Source: an uncultured bacterium | GTDB taxonomy: Bacteria; Actinomycetota; Thermoleophilia; Solirubrobacterales; 70-9 | NCBI GenBank assembly: GCA_963772345.1 | Contig: CAVYXB010000004.1 | Span: 88,228 to 152,227, forward strand | Direction: 5' to 3' | DNA: 64,000 nucleotides | Shown: in pieces, positions 47,371 through 57,081 of the stretch | Layout of the letters: every line of letters begins with the position of its first letter | Numbering within the stretch: position 1 is the stretch's first letter | Notes under the pieces: model-generated | Databases searched by the model: none | What the model saw: only the letters and a program-made list of their open reading frames with translations | Told to the model about the DNA's origin: nothing | Made by a program: the position numbers and the translations under genes

Positions 47371-48063
47371 ATGTACGTGATCGTCGTCGGGGCGGGGAAG
47401 GTGGGATGGAACCTGGGCCGCGAGCTGCTCGAAAAGGAGCACGAGGTGACCCTGATCGAGAAGGACCGCAACCGCTATCTGGCGGTCGAGCAGGAGCTCG
47501 AGCACAACGTCCAGTACGGAGACGCGACCGAGCTGTGGGTGCTGGAGCGGGCCGGGATCTCGCGCGCGGACATGGTGATCGCGGTCACCGGGGACGACGA
47601 GGACAACATGCTGATCTGTCAGGTCGCCAAGGAGAAGTACATGGTCGAGCAGATCATCGCGCGGGTGAACAACCCGCGGAACAAGCAGTGGTTCGAGCTG
47701 CTCGGGATCAGCCCGGTGGTCTCGGCGACCGACCTGATCCTGCGCCTGATCGAGCACGAGGTGCCGAAGTACGGCCTGGTCCACCTGCTCGACCTGCCGC
47801 AGGAGCGCCTGGAGATCATCGAGCTGCTGCTGAGCGGAGAAGTCGCCGGTCGACCGGGCAGCGGGTGGCGGACCTGGAGCTGCCGGAGGGGAGCCTGCTG
47901 ATCTCGGTGCTGCGCGACGGGACGGGGTTCGTGCCCGGGCCCGACACGGTGCTGGAGGCGGGGGACGAGGTGCTCGCCGTGCTCGATCCGGGCCTGGAGG
48001 AGGAGCTGAAGGCGTACTTCGGCCCGGACGGCGGGTCGCGGAGCGATCGTGGCGGGCGCATGA
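47371..48063 (+). CDS. trkA: TrkA/RCK N+C-domain protein (CeoC-like) (1-2 frame breaks; 3' end approximate)
   Basis: A TAGGAGG RBS precedes ATG 47371. MYVIVVGAGKVGWNLGREL and VTGDDEDNMLICQVAK form the N-domain. The RCK_C segment VADLELPEGSLLISVLRDG...VLEAGDEVLAV is in the frame of ORF 47406... Confidence 0.85.
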
Positions 48064-49310
48064 GCGACCGCAGGGTCGACTACCTGCTGATCGGCGGCGG
48101 TATCGCCGTCCGCGCACTGCGCGGCGGAGCTGCGAAAGCGCGACGGGCCGACGGGTCGATCCTGCTGGTGGGGCGGGAGCCGCACCGCCGTACGAGCGCC
48201 CGCCGCTCTCGAAGGAGTACCTGCGCGGCGAGAGCGAGCGAGGAGGACGCCTTCGTCAACGCGGCGGACTGGTACGAGGAGAACGGCGTCGAGCTGCTGA
48301 CCGGGGCGAGCGTCATGTCGCTGGACGTCGGGGCGCGGACGGCGAAGCTGCAGACGAAGGAGGAGGTGGAGTTCGGCGAGGCGCTGATCGCCACCGGCGC
48401 GCGGGTGAACATCCTCCACCACCTGGAGGGGGCGCGGCTGGAGGGGATCCACTACCTGCGCGTGCTGGGGAACTCGGACGCGATCCGGGAGGAGGCGGCA
48501 GGAGGCGGAGCACGTGGTGCTGATCGGCGGCAGCTACATCGCCAGCGAGGTGGCGGCGTCGCTGACCGCGACGGGGACGCAGGTGCACGATGGTGATGCT
48601 CGAGGACGTGCGCGATGTCGCGGGCCTTCGGCGAGGAGGTGGGGCGCTACTTCCACGAGGTGCTCGCGTCGCACGGGATCGAGCTGGTGACGGGCGACGA
48701 GCTCGAGGCGTTCCTGGGCGAGGGGCGGGTGCAGGGCGATCCGGACCAAGAGCGGGCGGGAGATCGAGGGGGACGTGGTCGTGGTGGGGGCGGGGGTGCA
48801 CCCGGACACGATGCTCGCCGAGCGCGCCGGGCTGCAGGTGGACAACGGGATCGTCTGCGACTCGGAGCTCGAGACCTCGGTGGAGGGGATCTTCGCGGCC
48901 GGGCGACGCGTGCTCGTACGACAGCGTCGTGCACGGGCGGCGGCTGCGGGTCGAGCACTGGGACGTGGCGCTGCAGCAGGGGCAGCACGTGGCGCGGCGG
49001 GCTGCTGGGGGAGCCGGAGCCGTACCGGGTGGTGCCGTACTTCTTCAGCGACCTGGCGGACTGGACGAGCCTCGAGTACGTCGGGCCGGCGGAGCGGTGG
49101 GACGAGATCGTGTGGCGCGGGCGACCGCGACGCCGGCGAGTTCAGCGCCTGGTACCTGGACGGCGGGCGGGTGGCCGGCGCGCGTCGGTCGGGCGCTCGG
49201 AGGACCTGGCGCACGCGCGGCGCCTGATCGAGTCGGGGGCGGACGTGTCGGCGCAGAAGGGACGCGCTGGCGGACGCGGACAGCGATCTGCGAGCCTCGG
49301 ATCCGGCTAG
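48060..49310 (+). CDS. FAD/NAD(P)-dependent pyridine nucleotide-disulfide oxidoreductase (ferredoxin-reductase-like) (reading frame broken at least 5 times)
   Basis: Recognisable pieces are VDYLLIGGGIA, YERPPLSKEYLRGE, LIATGAR, VVLIGGSYIASEVAASL, VVVGAGVHPDT, GIFAAGD, VEHWDVALQQG and VPYFFSDL. They are spread over ORFs 47406.., 48590.., 48615.. and 48775.. . The 3' end is uncertain. Confidence 0.75.
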
Positions 49311-49521
49311 GCTAGGACGCTCGGCATCGCGTCAAGCAAGCGGAACTCAGCCCGGTCGTCGAGCGGCAAGACGCCTGCTCTGGAGCGGAACGGGGTTCGA
49401 GTCCATGCCCGCAGTTCACGACGTGCGATTGCCCGCAGTGCGAGGCTAGCGCAAACTCGTCGCGGATCGCGTGCCTGACGCCTGCACGCGAAGCACCCGC
49501 TTGCTACCTTGATCCGCGCTC

Positions 49522-50274
49522 ATGTGGGGTAGGTGCGCATACCTCCCGCTTGCGGGCGTCTTCGCGGTGGCCGCGCTGCTGGCGGCCGGCTGCGGCGGCG
49601 ACGACTCGGCGCCGGTCGTCACCGTGCAGGGCGCGAGCGGCGCCAGCGGGGCCGGAGGCGCCGCGGCGCTCACCAAGACCGACTTCATCGACCAGGCCGA
49701 CGCGATCTGCCAGCGAGGCGAACTGCGGCCCTCTCGGCCCTCGACAGCGGCACCGTCGAGCAACGACGCCAAGCTCCAGGCGACCCAGGAGCTGCAGATC
49801 ACCCGCACCAGCTCCAACTCCCTCCAGTCCCTGAACCCGCCCGACCAGGAACGCGCTCCGCCCTGGAGAGCTACCTCTCGGCGCTCCAGCGACCAGGTCA
49901 CCGCGCTGAGAGCAAGCAGGACGCCGTCGAGCAGGGCGGCGACACCTCCTCCGCCGAGGCCGAGGCGAGCAGCGCCCGCTCCAGCGCCCAGACCGCCGCC
50001 CAGAGCTACGGCTTCAAGGACTGCGCGAAGCGGCGGCCCAGCCGCTCCTCCACCGCCGGCGCGACCGCCGGACCAGCACGCCGCCCACCACGACCGTCCC
50101 GACGCCCACGACTCCCGACCACCGTCGCGCCCACCGACCACCACGCCGGCGCCGGCACCGGTGGCGCCCCCCTCGGCGGCGGCACCGGCGGGCGGCCGGC
50201 GGCGGCACGGGCGGCGGGACCGGGGGCACCGGGGGCGGCACCGGCGGCACCGGCGGCCGGCCTGCGGCCGCTGA
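49522..50274 (+). CDS. Lipoprotein with a Pro/Gly/Thr-rich low-complexity tail (frame breaks; 3' end uncertain)
   Basis: The signal peptide and lipobox (FAVAALLAAGCGGDD) are followed by a helical domain (KTDFIDQADAICQR..., LESYLSALQR..., SAQTAAQSYGFKDC) spread over ORFs 49522.. and 49533... The tail is (P/T/A)-rich and ends in GGTGG repeats. Confidence 0.55.
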   Translation: MWGRCAYLPLAGVFAVAALLAAGCGGDDSAPVVTVQGASGASGAGGAAALTKTDFIDQADAICQRGELRPSRPSTAAPSSNDAKLQATQELQITRTSSNSLQSLNPPDQERAPPWRATSRRSSDQVTALRASRTPSSRAATPPPPRPRRAAPAPAPRPPPRATASRTARSGGPAAPPPPARPPDQHAAHHDRPDAHDSRPPSRPPTTTPAPAPVAPPSAAAPAGGRRRHGRRDRGHRGRHRRHRRPACGR

Positions 50275-50314
50275 CGCCGCTAGCGCCCGCTACGCCGAGG
50301 CGCTGCCGGCGGCC

Positions 50315-52277
50315 CTACGCCGCCTGCTCGGCCCAGGCGCCGTACAGCCGCGAGTACGCGCCGCCCGGCCTCGATCAGCTCCTCGTGCGTGCCCGCCTCG
50401 ACGATCCGGCCGTGCTCCAGCACCACGATCCGCCCCGCCCGCCTGATCGTCGACAGCCGGTGCGCGATCACGATCGCCGTGCGTCCCGAGCAGCAGCCGC
50501 TCCAGCCCCCGCTCGATGATCCGCTCCGTCCGCACGTCCACGTTCGACGTCGCCTCGTCGAGGATCAGGATCCGCGGCTCGGCCAAGCAGCGCCCGCGCG
50601 AACGCGACCAGCTGCCGCTGCCCGGCCGACAGGCTGACGCCGCGCTCGCCGATCTCGGTCTCGTACCCGTCGCGCAGCCGCTCGATGAACGCGTCCGCGC
50701 CCACCGTCTCCGCCGCGGCGCGAATCTCCTCCTCGCTCGCGTCGGGCCGCCCGAAGGCGATGTTCTCCCGCACCGTGCCCGAGAACAGGAACCCCTCCTG
50801 CGGGCACGATCCCGAGCTGGCTGCGCAGCGCCTTCGAGCTCAGCTCCCGCAGGTCGTGCCCGTCGACCAGCAGCCGGCCCCGCTGCGGGTCGTAGAAGCG
50901 CGCCACCAGCTTCGCGAGCGTCGACTTCCCCGCCCCCGTCTCGCCGACGAGCGCCACGGTCTGCCCCGCGGGTATGTGCAGGTCGACGTCCGTCCAGCGC
51001 CCAGTCCTGCCGTCGCCGTAGGAGAACGAGACGTCGGTCCAGCTCGATCTCCCCGCGCAGCCGCCCCGGGTCGAGCGCGTCCGGGCGGTCGACCATGTCG
51101 GGCTGCGTCTCCAGCAGGTCGAAGATCTTGTCCAGCGCCGCCATTCCCTGCTGGTAGGTGGTGTAGAGCTGGGAGATCTGCTGAATCGGGTCGAAGAACG
51201 CGTTCAGGTAGCCGACGAACGCGACCAGGATGCCGACCTGGATGTTGCCGTCGATCGCCTGGTAGCCGCCGTAGAGGAGGATCACCGATCGTGCCGATCG
51301 CCGACAGCAGCTCGACCGCCGGGAAGTAGGCGGCGTTCAGGTAGACCGTCGGTCATGTTGGCGGCCCGGTTCTCCTCGTTGAGCACCGCCATCCGCGCCA
51401 GGTGGCGCGGCTCCTGCGCGAAGCTCCGCACCACCCGCACCCCCGAGAGCGTCTCCTGCAGGTAGGCGGTGATGTTGGCGATCTTCTCCCGCGTCAGCCG
51501 GTAGGCGCCCGACGAGGCGATCCGGAAGGCGACGCTGCCGATCGCGAGCAGCGGGAAGGTGACGAAGGTCACCAGCGCCAGCTGCAGGTCGAGCAGCAGC
51601 AGGATCACGACCACCCCGAGCAGCGTCAGCGTGCTCGAGATCAGGGTCACGACGCCGTCCGTGACCAGGGTGTCCAGCGCCTCGACGTCGTTCGTGAGCC
51701 GCGAGATCAGCACCCCGGGCCTGTTCCGCGTGAAGAAGCCGATCGACATCGCCTGGAGGTGCGTGTAGATCCGCTCGCGCAGGTCCTGGAGCGCCCGCTG
51801 GCCGACCCAGCCCACCAGGTAGGTCTGGATGTACGTCGCCGCCCAGTAGAGCGAGCGCCGAGAGCACGAAGAGGCCCACGATCAGGTCGAGCGCGCTCAG
51901 GTCGCGGGTGGCGATGCCGTTGTCGATCGCCCGTCCCGGCGAGGTACGGGGGAGCCAGCCCGGCGGCCGTCGCCGCGACGCAGGGCGACGAGCGTGACGG
52001 CCACCCGGCCCCGGTAGGGGCGAAGCAGGCCGAACAGCCAGCGCAGCTTCCTGGTCCGCTGGCGCTCGCCGCGGATCAGCCGCCACAGCTCGCGCGAGCA
52101 GCAGGAACGTGCCGATCAGGCGCCCCGGCTGGTTCGCCTGGTCCTCGGTCTCCTCGGCGACGTCGGACCCCTGCGTCTCCGGATCGAGCTCCGTGATCGG
52201 GTCGCTCGGGACGACCGTCGCGATCGGCCTCACCGGCCGCCTGCTCGTTGCGCTCGTCTTCGGCGCTCGGCGCTCAC
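50315..52277 (-). CDS. ABC exporter, fused permease/ATPase, subunit B of a heterodimeric pair (reading frame broken at least 6 times)
   Basis: The TMD includes [27 protein letters not shown] and [10 protein letters not shown]. The NBD includes the Walker [11 protein letters not shown], the signature LSAGQRQL, the Walker [10 protein letters not shown] and AHRLSTI. It ends ...[13 protein letters not shown] at 50315. GTG 52277 overlaps the upstream gene's TGA (GTGA). Confidence 0.85.
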
Positions 52278-54056
52278 AGCCTCGCCATCTCCTCGCGCCG
52301 CTCCAGGTCGCGCTGCAGGAACACCGAGTCCTCCATCCCGTGCTCGGCGATCTCCGCGTACAGCGGGCAGCGCTCGAGCAGCTCGTCGTGACGCGCCCCG
52401 GTCGACGATCCGGCCGCCGTCCATCACCACGACCTCGTCGGCGAGCGAGATCGTCGACATCCGGTGGGCGACGATGAACGTCGTCCTGCCGGCCATCGCC
52501 TCGCGCAGGCCGCGCTTGATCGCCGCCTCCGTCTGCGCGTCCACCGACGAGGTGGCGTCGTCGAGGATCAGGATCCGCGGATCGGCGAGCAGCGCCCGCG
52601 CGATCGCGACCCGCTGGCGCTGGCCGCCCGAGAGCGTCAGGCCGCGCTCGCCGACCAGCGTCTCGTAGCCGTCGGGGAAGCGCTCGATGAAGCCGTGCGC
52701 CTGGGCGCGCCGAGCGGCCAGCTCGATCTCCTCGCGGGTGGCGTCGGGACGCGCGTAGGCGATGTTCTCGGCGACGCGTGGCGGAGAACAGGAAGCTGTC
52801 GTCGGCGACGAAGGCGACCTGGGAGCGAAGCGAGCGGACGTCCACCGAGCGCAGGTCGGCCCCGTCGATCAGGACCGCGCCCCGGCTCGGGTCATACAGC
52901 CGCGCCATCAGCGCCACCAGGCTCGTCTTGCCCGACCCGGTGGGGCCCACGAGCGCCACGGTCCGCCCGGCTTCGACCAGCGAGCTCGACGTCCTCCAGC
53001 GCGGGCGCTCCGCCGTTGTAGGCGAGCGAGACGCCGCGCAGCTCGACCCGGCCCGGGCCCTCGGGAAGCGCCGGCGCGCCCGGCGGGCTCTCGATCTGAG
53101 GCTCGCGATCGAGGATCTCGAACAGCCGGTTCCCCGAGGCGACCGCCCGCTGCGCCATCCCAAGCGTCATGCCGAGCATGCGCATCGGGCCGGTGAGCAT
53201 GATCAGGTAGGTGTAGAAGGCGGTGAAGTCGCCCGAGCGAGAGGGTGTCGTTGATCACCTGCCGGCCGCCGACCAGCAGCACCACCGCCAGGCCGAGGCT
53301 CGGCAGGAAGCCGAGCATCGGGGAGTAGAACGCCTGCAGGCGGGTGGAGTAGATCTCCTGGTCGAACACGCGCCCGACCGAGCGGCGAAAGCGGTCGAGC
53401 ATGAAGCCGCTCGCGCGCGAACGCCTTCACGATCCGAATCCCCGAGATGCCCTCCTCGACCTCCCCGGTCAGCTCGGCGAGCCGCTGCTGGATCTCCTGG
53501 ACCGCCGGTCGCGAGCGCCGGTTGTACCGCATCGCCGACAGGACCACGAACGGCACCGGCAGCAGCGCGAGCGCCGCCAGGTCGGGCTTGAGCGCGAACA
53601 TCACCGCGCTCGCGAGCAGCGAGCGTGAGCGCGTTCTGCGTCAGGAAGACCAGCCCGTAGCCGAGGAAGAAGCGGATCGACTGCAGGTCGATCGTCGCCC
53701 GCGACATCAGCTGCCCGGTCTGCTGGGAGTCGAAGAAACCGAGCTCGAGCCCCTGCAGGTGCCGGTAGAGCGCTCCCGGAGGTCGAACTCGACCGCCACC
53801 GAGACCCTGCCGGCGATCAGGCGGCGGACGACGGTCAGGCCGAGCCGCAGGATCCCCGCGCCGACGATCGCCAGCGCCAGGGGCAGGATCGCCGGACCGG
53901 TCCGTGTCCGGCGGCGTCGATCGCGTTCACCGTGCTGCCCACCAGCCACGGGATCGCGACCGTCATCACCATCGCCAGCGAGGCGAAGACCAGCGAGGCG
54001 ATCACCGCGCGGCGATAGGGACGCAGGAATCCGAGCAGCCGCCTGAAGGTGGTCAC
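52274..54056 (-). CDS. ABC exporter, fused permease/ATPase, subunit A of a heterodimeric pair (reading frame broken at least 7 times)
   Basis: GTG 54056 leads into TTFRRLLGFLRPYRR. The TMD includes QQTGQLMSRATIDLQSIR. The NBD includes the Walker A GPTGSGKTSL, the signature LSGGQRQR (in a shifted frame), FIVAHRMSTI and the end ...EEMARL*. Confidence 0.85.
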
Positions 54057-54105
54057 GGCAACTCGACTATACAAAGTGAAGTAAGGAGGCGGCGATACTT
54101 CGACG

Positions 54106-54298
54106 ATGGCCCGCCCGCCCGCCGGCCTCTGCGACACCTGCGTCCACCAGCGGATCGTCCGCAACACCCGCGGCTCGAGCTTCTCGCTCTGCGAGCGCTC
54201 GCGAACGGACCCCGCCTATCCCCGCTACCCGCGGCTGCCGGTGACGGCGTGCGCCGGGTCACGAGCCCCGCGAGCCGCCGGCGCGGGCCGCGCGCTAG
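54106..54298 (+). CDS. Small conserved Cys-rich protein (possible one frame break near 54255)
   Basis: The protein reads MARPPAGLCDTCVHQRIVRNTRGSSFSLCERSRTDPAYPRYPRLPVTACAG... . This matches, from memory, a small CxxC...C...C family common in high-GC bacteria. An AAGGAGG motif lies upstream but ~16 nt away. The end is probably TAG 54296-54298 after a shift. Confidence 0.45.
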
Positions 54299-54318
54299 CG
54301 CGCCGGAACGCCGAGCGA

Positions 54319-55183
54319 TCACGCCTCGACCGGCGCGGGCGCCCGCGCCGTCCCGAGCGCGCCCGCGCTGGCCCCGACGACCAGCGCGATCGCGACCACC
54401 TCCGTCGGCGCTGAGGCCCTGTCCCAGCACCACCAGCCCGACCAACGCCGCGACCGCCGGCTCGAGGCTCATCAGGACGCCGAACGTCCCCTTCCGGAGC
54501 GCGGCGCAGCGCCTCGAGCTCCAGCGAGTAGGGAATCGCCGAGCTGAGGACGGCGACGGCCAGTCCGACAGCGAGCAGATCCGGGGCGACCCAGCGCGTC
54601 GCCCCCGCCGGCCACCCCGGGCGGAACCAGGACGAGCGCCGCAACGACCATCGCCAGTGCGAGGCCACGTCCGCCGCTCGAATGCCTGGCCGACTCGGGC
54701 CGTCAGGACGATGTAGGCGGCCCAGAAGCCGCCCGCGAGCAGGGCGAACGCCGCCCCGAGCCCGTCGAGCGAGCCGTGCAGCCGGGCGACAGGAGCAGGA
54801 TGCCCGCGGCCGCGAGCGCCACCCAGACCAGGTCGCTGCCCCGCCGCGAGCCGGCGACCGCGACGGCGAACGGCCCCGTGAACTCGAGCGTCACCGCGAT
54901 GCCCAGCGGGATCCGGTCGAGCGCCGCGTAAAAGCTCAGGTTCATCCCGGCCAACGTCAGCCCCAGCAGGACCGCGTCGCGAAGCGGCCCGCTGGCCCGC
55001 CGGGGCAGCGCGGGCCGCCAGATCGCAACCAGGATGACGGCGGCGAACCCGGTCCGCAGCAGCACCGCCCCCGAAGGCCCGAGGTCGTCGAAGAGCGTCG
55101 TGGCCACTGCCGCGCCGAGCTGGACCGAGGCGCACCGCCCCGATCACCAACCCGATCGACGTTGCCCGCTCCGCCTGGCCCAA
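54319..55183 (-). CDS. EamA/DMT-family transporter (RhtA-like) (reading frame broken at least 3 times)
   Basis: Ten-TM-type segments include AAVATTLFDDLGPSGAVLLRTGFAAVIL, AGMNLSFYAALDRIPLGIAVTLEFTGP, AIPYSLELEALRR and GVLMSLEPAVAALVG. They are spread over ORFs 54053.., 54225.. and 54703... Confidence 0.75.
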
Positions 55184-55247
55184 GCGCCCGAGGCTAGCGC
55201 TACGCCGTCGGGTCCATGCGGCCGTTCTCCCGCGACAATGCACGGCG

Positions 55248-55658
55248 ATGCCCTCCGAGCCCGACTCCGACATCGACGTGATCCGTCGCGCCTGGGCCGC
55301 CCAGAGCGTGCGCGACGAGGAGGCCTTCCGCGCCGCGCTCCACCCCGCGATCGAGGCCGTGCCCTTCGGCGCGGAGATCGCGGACAAGTCCTACCGCGGC
55401 CCGGAGCGCGTGATGCACTGGTGGCGCGCCGAGCTGCTTGCCGACTGGGAGGTGTACGAGACGCTCCCCGAGCGCTTCCGGCGAGTGGGTGCGCGGATTC
55501 TCGTAACCGGCCGTTGGCATGCGCGCGGGAGGCAGAGCGGGGTGGAGCTGGACATGCCGGCCGCCTGGATCATCGAGGTGCGAGACGGCCAGATCGTCTA
55601 CTGGCGAACCTACACGGACGCGGCTCGAGCCGAGCGGGACATCGAGGGAGACGCCTAG
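55248..55658 (+). CDS. SnoaL/NTF2-like small protein
   Basis: The 136-aa ORF is intact. Its pattern is typical of ketosteroid-isomerase-like folds (IDVIRRAWAA..., AWIIEVRDGQIVYWRTY). Confidence 0.65.
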   Translation: MPSEPDSDIDVIRRAWAAQSVRDEEAFRAALHPAIEAVPFGAEIADKSYRGPERVMHWWRAELLADWEVYETLPERFRRVGARILVTGRWHARGRQSGVELDMPAAWIIEVRDGQIVYWRTYTDAARAERDIEGDA

Positions 55659-55686
55659 GCCGACCGAGCGCACTCTAACGCGCCCG

Positions 55687-56193
55687 TCAGTCGCTCGAAG
55701 AGACCGACCGGAGCGCCTGCCGCAGCGAGCTCGCGGTCTGGGGCCCGCGCAGCGTTTGGACGATCTGGGCCTGGTTATTGAGCACGAACGTCGTCGGCAG
55801 GCCGCTGACGCGATAGTGGCTGGCGACCGACCCCGACCCGTCCCGGAGGATCGGATACGAGAGGCCGTGGTCGCGGATGAACGCGGTCGCGTTCGACGTC
55901 GTGTCGTTTAGGTCCACTCCAACGACCCGAGCTCGACCCCCCAGGCTCTTCGAGAGGCGATCCAGCGTCGGCGCCTCCTCCTTGCAGGGAGTGCACCAGC
56001 TCGCCCAGAAGTTGACGAGCGCGGGCGTCCCGTGCAGGGAGGCGAGGTCGACGCTCGGTCCGTGGAGGACCTGGGTCGGAAGCTGAGGAGCCGCGCTCTT
56101 GCTGTCGCCCGAGCCGCTCGTGGCGAGCTCGGCGATCACGAGCCCCGCGACCGCCGCGACCGCGAGGAGCCCGAAGACCCAGCGCCTTGACAT
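55687..56193 (-). CDS. TlpA/ResA-like membrane-anchored thiol:disulfide oxidoreductase
   Basis: The gene is intact. An N-terminal TM anchor is followed by the thioredoxin motif FWASWCTPCKEE and the cis-Pro region GLPTTFV. Confidence 0.85.
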   Translation of the reverse strand: MSRRWVFGLLAVAAVAGLVIAELATSGSGDSKSAAPQLPTQVLHGPSVDLASLHGTPALVNFWASWCTPCKEEAPTLDRLSKSLGGRARVVGVDLNDTTSNATAFIRDHGLSYPILRDGSGSVASHYRVSGLPTTFVLNNQAQIVQTLRGPQTASSLRQALRSVSSSD

Positions 56194-56200
56194 CAGGCCC

Positions 56201-56815
56201 CTACTGGGACGCGAGGATCGGGACGTCGTGGACCACCTGCTGGGGCTTGAAGTTGGCCGGATAGACCGTCTTCAGCTCACCATTGCCGGTGATTCCATAG
56301 ATCAACGCCGAGTGCTCGACCGCGTCGGGGTCCCCCTTCTTCGACGAGTTCTTCGTGATGATGTGCCAGTCGGTCCAGACGTTCTCGAGTTGCGGCCGGG
56401 AGCCGATCAGGTACTGCATCTTTCCCGTCATCTGATGGTCCGCCAGGAAGGCCTTGACCGTCTTCGGCGTGTCGCCCTTGGGATCGACGGACACGGCGAT
56501 GATCTGGAGCTTGTCCGCCTCATTGCCGAGCTGCTTCTGGGCCGCGTGAAGATTGCTCACGATCAGCGGGCAGATGTCGGGGCAATGGTCGTAGATGAAG
56601 GTCACGAGCACCGCCTTGCCGCGGTAGTCGGCGATGTTGACCGGCTGGCCGAGCGAGTTGTCGAGCTTCAGCGGCGGCTCCGTGGTGGGTGGCTTGACGA
56701 GCCCGCCCGCCAACGGCGGGTCGGCGGTCGTCGTCGAGCCGGAGCCGGAGCTGCCGCAACCGACCGCGCCCACCGCGGCGAACAGCACGAGAGCTCCGGC
56801 GCTCAGAAATCGCAT
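56201..56815 (-). CDS. SCO1/SenC-family copper chaperone lipoprotein
   Basis: The gene is intact, with a lipobox (AVGAVGCGSS), the CxxxC copper site (DHCPDICP) and a conserved downstream His (VEHSAL). Confidence 0.85.
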   Translation of the reverse strand: MRFLSAGALVLFAAVGAVGCGSSGSGSTTTADPPLAGGLVKPPTTEPPLKLDNSLGQPVNIADYRGKAVLVTFIYDHCPDICPLIVSNLHAAQKQLGNEADKLQIIAVSVDPKGDTPKTVKAFLADHQMTGKMQYLIGSRPQLENVWTDWHIITKNSSKKGDPDAVEHSALIYGITGNGELKTVYPANFKPQQVVHDVPILASQ

Positions 56816-56884
56816 CCTGCCTGCGAGAAAGATAAGGACTTCATCTTCGATCAGGCGGCTAAACCCAGCCTAAGCCCCGGCCCC

Positions 56885-57079
56885 TCAGCCCGAGGGCAGG
56901 CGGCCGAGCAGTAAGTTGGCGAGCAGGATCACCGCCATGCCGAGCGCCAGCGCGGACACCACTCCGAGCTCGCCGGTGAGGCTCACCGAAAGCACCGCGG
57001 TCCCCCCGACAACAGCCACGTCGGTCAGACGGGGATGGTCGCGAAGCCACTTGAGCACGCATTCAAGATAGCGACTCAC
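56885..57079 (-). CDS. Small hydrophobic ORF of doubtful status (resembles the N-terminal membrane segment of actinobacterial sensor kinases)
   Basis: The 64-aa ORF has coding-like third-position G+C in its second half. Its GTG start sits only 2 nt from the divergent chrA ATG, leaving no promoter space, and there is no kinase domain downstream. Confidence 0.25.
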   Translation of the reverse strand: MSRYLECVLKWLRDHPRLTDVAVVGGTAVLSVSLTGELGVVSALALGMAVILLANLLLGRLPSG

Positions 57080-57081
57080 GT

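Noticed and set aside
49340-49416. A complete tRNA gene around the GTTCGAGTC T-loop
   Set aside because: No 5' acceptor strand complementary to cccgcag, no D-arm and no anticodon stem-loop can be placed at either type-I or type-II tRNA spacing. Only the 3' fragment is tRNA-like, and it is reported as a low-interest finding instead.
50100-50280. GGC/ACC-rich microsatellite-like DNA (ggcaccggcggc repeats), and the antisense ORF 50014..50250 encoding PPVPPPVPP
   Set aside because: The repeat is best explained as the Gly/Thr/Pro-rich low-complexity tail of the lipoprotein gene at 49522. The repeats are imperfect and codon-phased, and the antisense ORF is a by-product.
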